Shown here: in pieces, positions 53,294 to 61,232 of the stretch | How positions within the stretch are numbered: the first letter of the stretch is position 1 | Layout of the letters: every line of letters starts with the position of its first letter | NCBI GenBank assembly: GCA_047516685.1 | Contig: JAKZUJ010000032.1 | Span: 1-61,232 of the forward strand | Direction of reading: 5' to 3' | DNA: 61,232 bases | Source of the DNA: Chloroflexota bacterium | Lineage (GTDB): Bacteria; Chloroflexota; UBA11872 | Notes under the pieces: generated by a model | What the model was told of the DNA's origin: nothing | The model's input: the letters and a program-made list of their open reading frames with translations, nothing else | Databases searched by the model: none | Made by a program: the position numbers and the translations under genes

Positions 53294-54388
53294 ATGTCGG
53301 CCGTTGGCCACCTCAAGCCGGAGGCCCCTGTGCCGCCGTTTCGCATCGAATTTCGCAGCGACACTCAGACCACACCCACCGAGGAGATGCGCGCGGCCAT
53401 GGCGCACGCCGAGGTCGGCGACGACCAGGCGGGTGAAGACCCGACGGTCCGGGCACTTGAAGACCTCGCCGCCGAGATCTTCCGCAAGGAAGCCGCCCTG
53501 TTCGTAACCAGCGGCACGATGGGAAACCTCGTCAGCCTGCTGACACTGACTCAACGAGGCGACTCGCTCCTGGTCGATCCGGAGTCGCACGTGACTCTTG
53601 CCGAGGCCGGCGGGTTCGCCACGCTGGCCGGATGCAGCCTCATCCCCATTGAGTCGCCCGGCTTTCTTACTGCCGAGGACATAGAGCCGTACATCGCGCC
53701 GGTAACCACCCACTCGCTCAATCCGGCGGTCATTTGGACCGAGAACACGCACAATCGGCGCGGCGGCGTTGCCTGGGGTCCCGACGTCATGCGCGAGCTC
53801 GCGGCGCTGGCCGGGCGACACGGACTGCGGATACACATTGACGGCGCTCGCATTTTTAACGCCGCCGCCGCCCTTGATGTGCCAGTGGCCGACTTGACCG
53901 AAGGCGCTGACACCGTGCAATTCTGTCTTTCCAAGGGTCTCGGCGCACCCTTCGGATCGATGATCGTGGGATCGCGCGACCTGATCCTGCAGGCACGCCG
54001 AACCCGCCAACTCGTGGGCGGCGGCATGCGGCAGGCCGGCATGATGGCGGCGGCCGGCGTGCTGGCGCTACGCGATGGACCAGGGCGTCTGGCGGACGAT
54101 CACCGGCGCGCCAAACAGCTTGGCGACGTGATCGATGACTTGCCCGGACTACGCCTGGTCTCGCCGGTCTACACCAACCTCATCTTCGTCACCTGGGATC
54201 CAACGGTGCTTGACCTGAATGTCTTTATCGAAGAGGCGGCCAGGCGCGGTGTGGGCGTCGGCGGTCCTCGTGGCGACATGTTCCGGCTGGTCACGCACCA
54301 TCAGATCAGCGACGCGGACATTGACGAGGCGTCGGACGTTCTGGCCGCGGCCGCGGATGCGGCCGCCGTGGCCTCAACGCCTGCATGA
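53294..54388 (+). CDS. ltaE: Low-specificity threonine aldolase (beta-eliminating lyase family)
   Basis: ATG 53294 within ORF 53213..54388. Motifs: FRSDTQTTPTEEMRAAM, GDDQAGEDPTV, FVTSGTMGNL and CLSKGLGAP (PLP Lys). Confidence 0.8.
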   Translation: MSAVGHLKPEAPVPPFRIEFRSDTQTTPTEEMRAAMAHAEVGDDQAGEDPTVRALEDLAAEIFRKEAALFVTSGTMGNLVSLLTLTQRGDSLLVDPESHVTLAEAGGFATLAGCSLIPIESPGFLTAEDIEPYIAPVTTHSLNPAVIWTENTHNRRGGVAWGPDVMRELAALAGRHGLRIHIDGARIFNAAAALDVPVADLTEGADTVQFCLSKGLGAPFGSMIVGSRDLILQARRTRQLVGGGMRQAGMMAAAGVLALRDGPGRLADDHRRAKQLGDVIDDLPGLRLVSPVYTNLIFVTWDPTVLDLNVFIEEAARRGVGVGGPRGDMFRLVTHHQISDADIDEASDVLAAAADAAAVASTPA

Positions 54389-54498
54389 TCAAGAGCGGCC
54401 AACTCTGCCATGACGTAGTAAATTAGGCTCGGCTGGATGTGAACGTGCTGGCTTCCCTGTCGTTCACGCGGGCGAGCTGGCCGTGAGAGGGTGGTTTG

Positions 54499-55917
54499 AT
54501 GGCTAGGGGTTTCAGACGAGCGGTCGTGCTGCTTGTCTCCGCAATTGTTTTCGTTCTCGCCGCATGTGGTGATGGCGGCGGCGCTGTCAGCGAGGTGGTT
54601 CGGACCGTCCAGGTCGACAGGCCCGTCACTGTTGAAGTCGAACGGGTAGTGACTGTCGAAATAGAGAAGCCGGTTGTTCAGGAAGTCGTCCGAATTGTAG
54701 AAGTCGTGAAGCCCGTTGACGTCGTGAGGGAAGTGCAGGTTGAAGTCGTTCGGGAGGCGCAGATGCTGCCCCCGTTGATCATTGGGCACCTCAACGCACT
54801 TACTGGTTCCTTGTCCTACTTCGGTGTTTCCCATGGCAACGCCGCCGATCTGGCCGCGAGCCACGTCAACCGCGCCGGTGGCATTCAGGGTGGCTCCGTC
54901 GTCATCATCAGCCGCGACACGGGCGTGAACCCGGTGCAGGGGGTCGATTCGGCACGCGCGCTGGTGGATGTGGAGAACGTGGCGGCGATCGTCGGCGCGT
55001 TGGCCAGCGGTGTGACCATTCCGGTCGCCACCTCGGTCACGGTTCCGAACAAGACGCTCCAGATTTCGCACTCGTCGACCGCGCCGAGCATCACCGCGCT
55101 GGACGACGACGACTTCCTGTTCCGTACTACCGTGTCGGATGCGGCACAAGGCGTAGTGCTGGGCCGCCTGGCCTGGGAACAAGGCTATAAGACCGCCGGG
55201 ATCATGTACATCAACAACGCGTACGGGCAGGGTCTGGCCGAACGGTTTACTCAGACCTTCACGGAGCTTGGCGGAACGGTCACGGCTTCGGTTCCACACG
55301 AGGACAGCCAGCCGACGTTCGCGTCGGAACTGGAGAAGGCCACTGACGGCGATCCCGATGTGCTGGTCACCGTCAGCTATCCCGGGCAAGCCGAGATTTA
55401 CCTTCGTGAGGCCCTGGAAGGTGAATATGCCGACACGTTTCTCTTCGTGGACGGCGTCAAGTCCGACGACATGGTTCAGGCCATTGGCGGCGGCAAGCTG
55501 GACGGGACGCTGGGCACCGCGCCTGGCGCTCCTGACAGCCCTGATCGACAGGCCTTCTATACCGCCTACACCTTGACGTTCGGCGTGGAAGCGCCGCAGG
55601 AACCGTATCTCGCCGAGACGTACGACGCCGTGGTGTTGATTGCGCTGGCGGCCGCCAAGGCCGGCACCACGACGGACTCCGTGGCCATCCGCGATGCCCT
55701 CAGGGACGTGGCCAATCCGCCTGGCGAGGTGGTTGGTCCGGGCGCAGGCGGGATTCACAAAGCCCTGCTGCTCATTGCCGACGGCCAGGACATCAACTAT
55801 GAGGGCGCGTCTGGTCCCGTGGACTTTGACGAGCACGGCGACGTGTCGGGGCCGATCGAGGTCTGGACAGTCGAGGGTGACGCGATCGAATCCACCGGCA
55901 GGTTTGAACTGCCCTAG
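54499..55917 (+). CDS. Branched-chain amino-acid ABC transporter substrate-binding lipoprotein (LivJ/K-like)
   Basis: GAGAGGGTGG precedes ATG 54499. LLVSAIVFVLAACG is a lipobox. A Val/Glu-rich stalk is followed by a type-I periplasmic-binding fold (IIGHLNALTGSLSYFG...). Confidence 0.85.
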   Translation: MARGFRRAVVLLVSAIVFVLAACGDGGGAVSEVVRTVQVDRPVTVEVERVVTVEIEKPVVQEVVRIVEVVKPVDVVREVQVEVVREAQMLPPLIIGHLNALTGSLSYFGVSHGNAADLAASHVNRAGGIQGGSVVIISRDTGVNPVQGVDSARALVDVENVAAIVGALASGVTIPVATSVTVPNKTLQISHSSTAPSITALDDDDFLFRTTVSDAAQGVVLGRLAWEQGYKTAGIMYINNAYGQGLAERFTQTFTELGGTVTASVPHEDSQPTFASELEKATDGDPDVLVTVSYPGQAEIYLREALEGEYADTFLFVDGVKSDDMVQAIGGGKLDGTLGTAPGAPDSPDRQAFYTAYTLTFGVEAPQEPYLAETYDAVVLIALAAAKAGTTTDSVAIRDALRDVANPPGEVVGPGAGGIHKALLLIADGQDINYEGASGPVDFDEHGDVSGPIEVWTVEGDAIESTGRFELP

Positions 55918-55940
55918 TCCGCAGGGCGCACCGTACACAC

Positions 55941-55973
55941 CGCGGGGGGCGGCTCACTGAGCCCCCCCCCGCG
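55941..55973. terminator. Long GC hairpin between convergent genes (candidate bidirectional terminator)
   Basis: cgcggggggc ggctcactgagcc ccccccgcg gives about 14 paired positions with one 1x1 internal loop. It lies between the SBP stop (55917) and the livM stop (56106). Confidence 0.55.
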
Positions 55974-56105
55974 CTCGTGCGGAACCAAGACCAATAGGAA
56001 CCAGGGGGGATGTCTGCTGGACGACCGATAGCCCAGCGATTCTTGCCGGAGAACCCCACCGGACCCAGTCATGGCCATCAGGGCCAGACGCTTAGTCGCG
56101 GCAAA

Positions 56106-57119
56106 CTAGAGGGTGTCTGGCTGACCCGATGACTCTGCGTCGCTCATTCTGTCCACGCGCCGCCGCCACTCGCCGAGCAATCCGGCCGGCCGCAACAGCA
56201 TGATGACGACGATGAGCACGCCAATCATGAGCAGCCGGAAGCTCGGGTCGGCCAACACTCCCGGAAGAAACTGGGTGCCGGCCCAGACGCCCCACACCAC
56301 AAAGGCTCCCACCACGGCGCCGACATTGTTGCCCGAGCCGCCCACCATGAGCATGGCCCAGATAACAAATGTGGCGAGCAGCGGATCGAAGGTCAGCGGC
56401 GAAAGGAAGCGGATGTGATGCGCGAAGAGCGCGCCCCCGACACCCATGATCATGGCGCCGAGGACAAACGACTGGAGCTTGAAGTAAAAAACGTTCTTCC
56501 CGCTCGCCGCCGTCGTGACCTCGTCCTCGCGAATCGCCCGCAGCACTCGGCCCCATGGTGAGCTTACGGCTCGCTGCACGGCCACGAAAAGGATGCCCAG
56601 GATAATCAGGACGACGACGACGTACAGATAGTCGTAGTTCTCGGGCGCAACCAGATCACCCATGAACTTGGGGATCCGATATAGTCCTTTCGAGCCATTG
56701 GCCGCCCACTTCTCGTTGAGAAAAAACAGCCGAACGCTCTCCGCGATTCCAAGTGTCGCCATTGACAGGTAGTCATCATTCAGACGCAACGTCAGGCCTC
56801 CAATGATCAGGGCAACCACCCCGCTGACCGCCGCGGCTGCGGCGATAGCCAGGAAGAACCACGCATCGAAGCCCAGGCCCAGCAAGCCAAGCTGAGCCAG
56901 ATTGCCGCCGAATATGAAGTCCTCGAACTGGGCCGCATCCGGAGGTGGAGACGTCAATAACGCCGCCGTGTATGCGCCGAGTGCAAAGAAGCCGGCTATA
57001 CCGATATTGAATAAGCCGGTGAATCCCCAATGCACATTGAGACCCAAGGCGAAGATTGCGTAGATCATCGCCATGATGGCGAAGCCAATCAAATAGTTGA
57101 TGATTCCGATCAAGTCCAT
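56106..57119 (-). CDS. livM: Branched-chain amino-acid ABC transporter permease
   Basis: Polytopic. FALGLNVHWGFTGLFNIGIAGFFALGAY is typical of LivM-type permeases. Confidence 0.85.
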   Translation of the reverse strand: MDLIGIINYLIGFAIMAMIYAIFALGLNVHWGFTGLFNIGIAGFFALGAYTAALLTSPPPDAAQFEDFIFGGNLAQLGLLGLGFDAWFFLAIAAAAAVSGVVALIIGGLTLRLNDDYLSMATLGIAESVRLFFLNEKWAANGSKGLYRIPKFMGDLVAPENYDYLYVVVVLIILGILFVAVQRAVSSPWGRVLRAIREDEVTTAASGKNVFYFKLQSFVLGAMIMGVGGALFAHHIRFLSPLTFDPLLATFVIWAMLMVGGSGNNVGAVVGAFVVWGVWAGTQFLPGVLADPSFRLLMIGVLIVVIMLLRPAGLLGEWRRRVDRMSDAESSGQPDTL

Positions 57120-57128
57120 GACGGCACC

Positions 57129-58187
57129 TTACTCTCGAGCGTCTCCAAAGATGCCCCGCGGCCTCGCCAGCAACACCCCGATCATAATGGCGAAGGCTAT
57201 GGCTGGCTTGTAGCTGGGATTTATCCATTGCGTGGAAACCTCCATACTCACGCCTACGACAAGGGCGCCCACCAGCGCACCATAGGGATTTCCTACTCCG
57301 CCCAGGATTACCGCCGCAAACAACGGTATGAGAAACTTCCATCCCATAATCGGCAGCAATTGCGCCTGTGTCACCGCCAGCATTACCCCGGCCACGGCGG
57401 CCAGGGCGCCGCTGACCGCCCATGTCCACCAGATGACGTGCTTGGTGTTTATTCCGGTCACGCGTGCCAAGGCGGGATTATCGGAGGTAGCGCGCATGGC
57501 CTTCCCCATCTTTGTATGAGTGAGCAGGAGGTAAACCGATGCCACGAGGAGGGTGGCTACCACGGCGACAAATATGCTGTCAGGAGGAACGCGAACGTCC
57601 ATCGGGAGGTGAAAAACCTGACGCGATTCTCTGGGATAGTGCTGTGTGTCCCCGGACCAGATCATCTGGACGAGCCCACGAATGGCGATGGCCACGCCCA
57701 GGGATGCCATCAGGAGAATGGCGGTGCTGACGCCGCGATCCCGCAATCGTCGATAGATCAGGACATCGAGCGCGATCGCCCCGGCTGCCACAACAATCGC
57801 GGAGAGGGGCAGCGCGACGATTACGGGCACGCCGAACGTGAACGGTCCCAAGCCCGCGCCTTCAAGCCCAATCCGTGGAAGTAATCCGTCGACGATGAAG
57901 AAGGCTACGTAAGCTCCAAACGCCATGTAGTCGCCGTGAGCAAAGTTGCCGAGCTTCAGAATGCCGTAGACCAGGGTGAGCCCGATGGCCCCGAGGGCGA
58001 TTATCGCTCCCAAAATGATTCCGTTGACCACGAGGCCCATCTTGATGAACGGGAGAAATCCGAGCGCCGCCAGCCCGGCGACAAGAACGACAGTTAGGCG
58101 GCCTGGCGACCACGCCAGTCTGAATCGCCTGGTGGCGCTCTCCGAAGCATGGACTTGGGTTTGCTGTTGAGATCGAACTCGTTGCAT
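57129..58187 (-). CDS. livH: Branched-chain amino-acid ABC transporter permease
   Basis: ORF 57129..58259, trimmed to ATG 58187 (11 nt past the livF stop). VNGIILGAIIALGAIGLTLVYGILKLGNFAHGDY is the LivH signature. Confidence 0.85.
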   Translation of the reverse strand: MQRVRSQQQTQVHASESATRRFRLAWSPGRLTVVLVAGLAALGFLPFIKMGLVVNGIILGAIIALGAIGLTLVYGILKLGNFAHGDYMAFGAYVAFFIVDGLLPRIGLEGAGLGPFTFGVPVIVALPLSAIVVAAGAIALDVLIYRRLRDRGVSTAILLMASLGVAIAIRGLVQMIWSGDTQHYPRESRQVFHLPMDVRVPPDSIFVAVVATLLVASVYLLLTHTKMGKAMRATSDNPALARVTGINTKHVIWWTWAVSGALAAVAGVMLAVTQAQLLPIMGWKFLIPLFAAVILGGVGNPYGALVGALVVGVSMEVSTQWINPSYKPAIAFAIMIGVLLARPRGIFGDARE

Positions 58188-58197
58188 TTGCTCTGGT

Positions 58198-58902
58198 CTA
58201 GCCTCCGAGATACAGGCGGCCAACGTCCGGGTTGTCGAGTAACGCCGGACCGGTGTCATCCAACTGGTTGGCGCCGCCGGAGAGCACGTAGCCTCGGTTG
58301 GACATACGTAGCGATTCCCGGGCGTTTTGCTCCACGAGCAGAATCGCCACGCCGGTTTCGTTGATCTGTTGAATGCGCTCGAAGACCGTGTGCACCAGCA
58401 CCGGCGCCAAACCGGCGGAGGGCTCGTCCAGTAACAGGAGCGCAGGGTCCAACATCAAGGCTCGGGCGATTGCCAGCATCTGGCGCTGACCGCCGGAGAG
58501 CGTACCGGCCTTCTGTCGTGCGCTACGTCGCAAGTCAGGAAACAGCCTAAGCATGTCCTCAATGCGTCCGCGGTAATCGTCCGTTCGCACGAACGCGCCC
58601 ATTTCCAGGTTTTCCCGGATCGTCAGGGACGGAAAGACATTGTCCGATTGCGGCACGTAGCACAAGCCGCTGCGCACGATTTGCTCGGGATCGTGCCTCG
58701 CAATGTCTTTCCCTCGGAAGCGCACCGCGCCTGCCTTGATGCGCACCAGGCCAACAATAGCCTTCATAAGCGTGGACTTACCGCAGCCGTTGGGACCGAT
58801 GATTGTGACTATCTCGCCCGCATTCACCGTGACCGACACGCCATGCAGAATCTCGGTCTCACCGTAGCCGGCCACGACGTTGGATGCCTCAAGCAGGGCC
58901 AT
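58198..58902 (-). CDS. livF: Branched-chain amino-acid ABC transporter ATP-binding protein
   Basis: GPNGCGKST (Walker A), LSGGQRQML (signature) and LLLDEPS (Walker B). Confidence 0.85.
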   Translation of the reverse strand: MALLEASNVVAGYGETEILHGVSVTVNAGEIVTIIGPNGCGKSTLMKAIVGLVRIKAGAVRFRGKDIARHDPEQIVRSGLCYVPQSDNVFPSLTIRENLEMGAFVRTDDYRGRIEDMLRLFPDLRRSARQKAGTLSGGQRQMLAIARALMLDPALLLLDEPSAGLAPVLVHTVFERIQQINETGVAILLVEQNARESLRMSNRGYVLSGGANQLDDTGPALLDNPDVGRLYLGG

Positions 58903-59713
58903 CGACCCGTCCGCCCAAGTAAGCCTCCAGCACGCGGGAATCTCGCTGAACCACAGGCGGCGGACCCTCGGCGATCACGGCTCCGTTGGCCATCACGATT
59001 ACTGGATCGCACATCGTCATCACGAATCGCATGTCGTGCTCAATGATCAGGAACGTCACGTCTCGCTCGACGCTGGCTCTGAGAATATTGGCCGAAAGAT
59101 CTCGAAGCAGGGTGCGGTTGATCCCGGCGCCCGGTTCATCCAGCAGCACCATCTTTGGTTCGGCCATCAGAGTCCGAGCCAGTTCCAGGAGTTTCTTCTG
59201 GCCGCCTGAGAGATTGCCGGCAAATTCGTTCGCCAGGTGCGAAAGATTGACTAACTCCAGGACGTCGAACGCTTGATCCTGTATTTGCCGTTCTTCCCGA
59301 GCGACCTTCCACGGCGTCAGCCAGCTGGACCAGAGGCGCTCGCCGGACTGTCCGGCAGGCGCCAGCATCAGGTTCTCCAGCACGGTCATGCGCCGCAATT
59401 CTCTTGGAATCTGGAAGGTGCGCATCAGACCCAACGCAAACGTCTGGTGCGGTCGCAGCCCGCCGATGGGCTGTCCGTCTAAGAGGATTTGGCCGCTGGT
59501 CGGACGAAGCGCGCCCGACACCAGGTTGAACAGCGTGGTCTTACCGGCGCCGTTTGGACCGATCAGTCCCGTGATCGTCCCGGGCATTACATCCAGGGTG
59601 CAGTGATCCACCGCTCGGACTCCGCCGAAGTCCTTGACGACGTTCCGTACCTGAAGGATGGGCGGCGACTCGTTCAAACCGTACTGGCCGTCATTCTTGG
59701 ACCGCGCTGGCAT
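58889..59713 (-). CDS. livG: Branched-chain amino-acid ABC transporter ATP-binding protein
   Basis: GPNGAGKTT, LSGGQKKLLELA and VLLDEPGAG. It overlaps the livF start by 14 nt. Confidence 0.85.
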   Translation of the reverse strand: MPARSKNDGQYGLNESPPILQVRNVVKDFGGVRAVDHCTLDVMPGTITGLIGPNGAGKTTLFNLVSGALRPTSGQILLDGQPIGGLRPHQTFALGLMRTFQIPRELRRMTVLENLMLAPAGQSGERLWSSWLTPWKVAREERQIQDQAFDVLELVNLSHLANEFAGNLSGGQKKLLELARTLMAEPKMVLLDEPGAGINRTLLRDLSANILRASVERDVTFLIIEHDMRFVMTMCDPVIVMANGAVIAEGPPPVVQRDSRVLEAYLGGRVDGPA

Positions 59714-59769
59714 TGCATTGGTGGGTTGCCGCGAGCCGCGATACTGAATCGCCGCGTAGCATATACCAG

Positions 59770-60558
59770 ATGCGTACGGTTAATGTTGGTCCGCTGCAGG
59801 CGCTGTACTGGCCAACGACGGATCTCAAGGCGTCGCAGACCCTTCTGGCCGTTCACGGCATATGGACCGGCGCCCACGTCTGGCGCCAGCTTGGGCCCTA
59901 CCTGGCGGCGCACGGCTACGCCACCTACGCCGTGTGGCTGCGGCATCACCAACCGGGCGCCGATTACTGCGGGCTCGAAGCTGCGGGACTCCGTGACTAC
60001 GCCGAGGACGTGGCCCAGGTCGTGCGGGAGTTGGACGGACCGGTGCTTCTGGGGCAAAGCATGGGCGGGCTGGTGGCGCAGATTGCCGCCACCCTGTCCG
60101 AACCGGCGGGGCTGTTCCTGCTGTCCAGCGCGCCGCCCTTCGGAATCCCCATTGTCCCGCGCCTGTCCTTCCTGATTCCCGGCATCCGCAACTTCCTCGG
60201 CCGACCATTCGATTCCAGTCCGATGCACGCATTCGCCGAAACGGTTTTCCTCGAGCGCCTCAGCCCGGCGCAGCGCGCGGAACTGGCTGCTCAAAGTGTG
60301 CCCGAGCCGCGTCGCCTTGCCCGGCAAGTCGCTTTCTGGCCCCCAGTCGTCAGACGCTCCCAAATCCGGTGTCCGGTCTTTGTCGGCGCCGGCGATGACG
60401 ATCCCGTGATCGTTCCGTGGGTTACCCGACGACTAGCGGCGCGGTACCGCGTGATCCCGACCTTTTATCACGGACGCGGACATATGCTGAACCTCGAACC
60501 TGGCTGGGAGTCTGTGGGCGATGACCTGATGCGCTGGATGGAGCGCTTCGTCGCCTGA
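59770..60558 (+). CDS. Alpha/beta hydrolase
   Basis: ATG 59770 within ORF 59713..60558. LLAVHGIWTG and an intact GQSMGG nucleophile elbow. Confidence 0.7.
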   Translation: MRTVNVGPLQALYWPTTDLKASQTLLAVHGIWTGAHVWRQLGPYLAAHGYATYAVWLRHHQPGADYCGLEAAGLRDYAEDVAQVVRELDGPVLLGQSMGGLVAQIAATLSEPAGLFLLSSAPPFGIPIVPRLSFLIPGIRNFLGRPFDSSPMHAFAETVFLERLSPAQRAELAAQSVPEPRRLARQVAFWPPVVRRSQIRCPVFVGAGDDDPVIVPWVTRRLAARYRVIPTFYHGRGHMLNLEPGWESVGDDLMRWMERFVA

Positions 60559-60576
60559 ACTAAAAAGGAGTCGGAA

Positions 60577-61232
60577 ATGACGAACCGACCGCTGGGCACA
60601 ACAGGCATGCAGGTCAGCGCACTCACGATGGGATGCTGGGAAATTGGCGGCCTGGCCTGGGGGCCGATGCCGGCGCCAGAGGCCGCGGAACTGGTCACCG
60701 CTGTCGCCGACGCCGGAATCACAACATTCGACACGGCAGAGGCCTACGGCAATGGCCGTAGCGAAGTGATTCTTGGCCACGCCCTGCGTGACCGTCGCGA
60801 AGAGGTCACGCTCATCTCAAAGACAGGCTATTTGCCGGGTGTCGACGGCGCGCAAATGCTTCTGGACGAGCAGCCGCAAGACTATCGGGCAACCTCAATC
60901 CGGCGGGCGTGTGAACTCTCGCGCCAGCGGCTGCAGACGGACTACATCGACGTCTACCTCCTCCACGATCCGCCCATGGAGGTCGTGATGCGCGAGGAGC
61001 CGTTTGCAGAACTGCGGCGTCTTCAGGATCGAGGTGAGATTCGAGCCTGGGGCGTCTCCTCGAGTCCGTCGGTCGCGGCTGAGGCCGTGCGACGCTGGGG
61101 TGCGCAAGTCGTCGAGGCGCCGTTCAACGCTGCGAGTCCGCAGGCGGCCGCCGATCTGTTTCCGGTCGCCGCGGCGTCGGGCGCCGGAGTTCTGGCGCGC
61201 AGTCCGTTCGCCAGCGGCAATCTGATTCTGAC
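60577..61232 (+). CDS. Aldo/keto reductase (3' end beyond window)
   Basis: Not in the ORF track (no stop in the window). AAAAGGAG precedes ATG 60577. Own translation: MTNRPLGTTGMQVSALTMGCWEIGG...FDTAEAYGNGRSEVILG...YIDVYLLHDP. Confidence 0.8.
   Translation, partial: MTNRPLGTTGMQVSALTMGCWEIGGLAWGPMPAPEAAELVTAVADAGITTFDTAEAYGNGRSEVILGHALRDRREEVTLISKTGYLPGVDGAQMLLDEQPQDYRATSIRRACELSRQRLQTDYIDVYLLHDPPMEVVMREEPFAELRRLQDRGEIRAWGVSSSPSVAAEAVRRWGAQVVEAPFNAASPQAAADLFPVAAASGAGVLARSPFASGNLIL

Noticed and set aside
54301-55938. 545-aa minus-strand ORF. Similar long ORFs are 3234..4454(-), 16446..17438(-), 10476..11438(-), 53153..54010(-), 556..1767(+), 1523..2455(+), 3919..5079(+), 7022..8041(+), 24015..24830(+), 36898..37707(+), 39759..40547(+) and 40415..41323(+).
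   Set aside because: Each lies antisense to, or out of frame with, an ORF carrying clear family motifs. Their products are Arg/Pro/Gly/Ala-rich low-complexity strings typical of shadow ORFs in GC-rich DNA.

Overview
This is a GC-rich (mid-60s % by eye, not computed), gene-dense chromosomal segment. I call about 60 protein genes, one tRNA-Pro(GGG) and one long-form SRP RNA. I found no transposase, integrase, CRISPR array, rRNA or recognisable transcription factor, so it reads as core and metabolic chromosome rather than a mobile or defence island.

Gene content:
- Housekeeping block on the minus strand: SRP RNA, dnaX, ybaB, recR; also secG and hpt.
- Sugar-acid and oxidative metabolism: three Gfo/Idh/MocA oxidoreductases, two enolase-superfamily dehydratases, uxuA, three PhyH-family dioxygenases, an FAH-family protein, and a pdxA-family / DUF1537-kinase / LarA-like operon.
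- Lipid and envelope genes: cfa, an acyl-lipid desaturase, two GT2 glycosyltransferases, and a GT-C-like membrane protein.
- Transport: a branched-chain amino-acid ABC system, an orphan sugar-binding lipoprotein, an aquaporin and ChrA.
- Several proteins I cannot assign.

A Chloroflexota-like monoderm origin is my guess only. It rests on the Val/Glu-periodic stalks on the lipoprotein binding proteins, the Bacillus-type SRP RNA upstream of dnaX, and the many PhyH, enolase and Gfo paralogs.

Most interesting observations:
1. A flavin-dependent halogenase carries a C-terminal PqqD/RRE-like domain (5014-6720), suggesting peptide-directed halogenation, but no precursor gene is evident.
2. A LarA-like nickel-pincer 2-hydroxyacid epimerase is translationally coupled to a four-carbon acid-sugar kinase and a PdxA2-type dehydrogenase (36946-41368). 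This could be an undescribed tetronate route.
3. Two enzymes have substituted nucleophiles: a TgpA-like transglutaminase (Cys to Ser) and an alpha/beta hydrolase (Ser to Ala).

All family calls come from motif recognition by eye. Start codons are often uncertain, and nothing was searched against any database.
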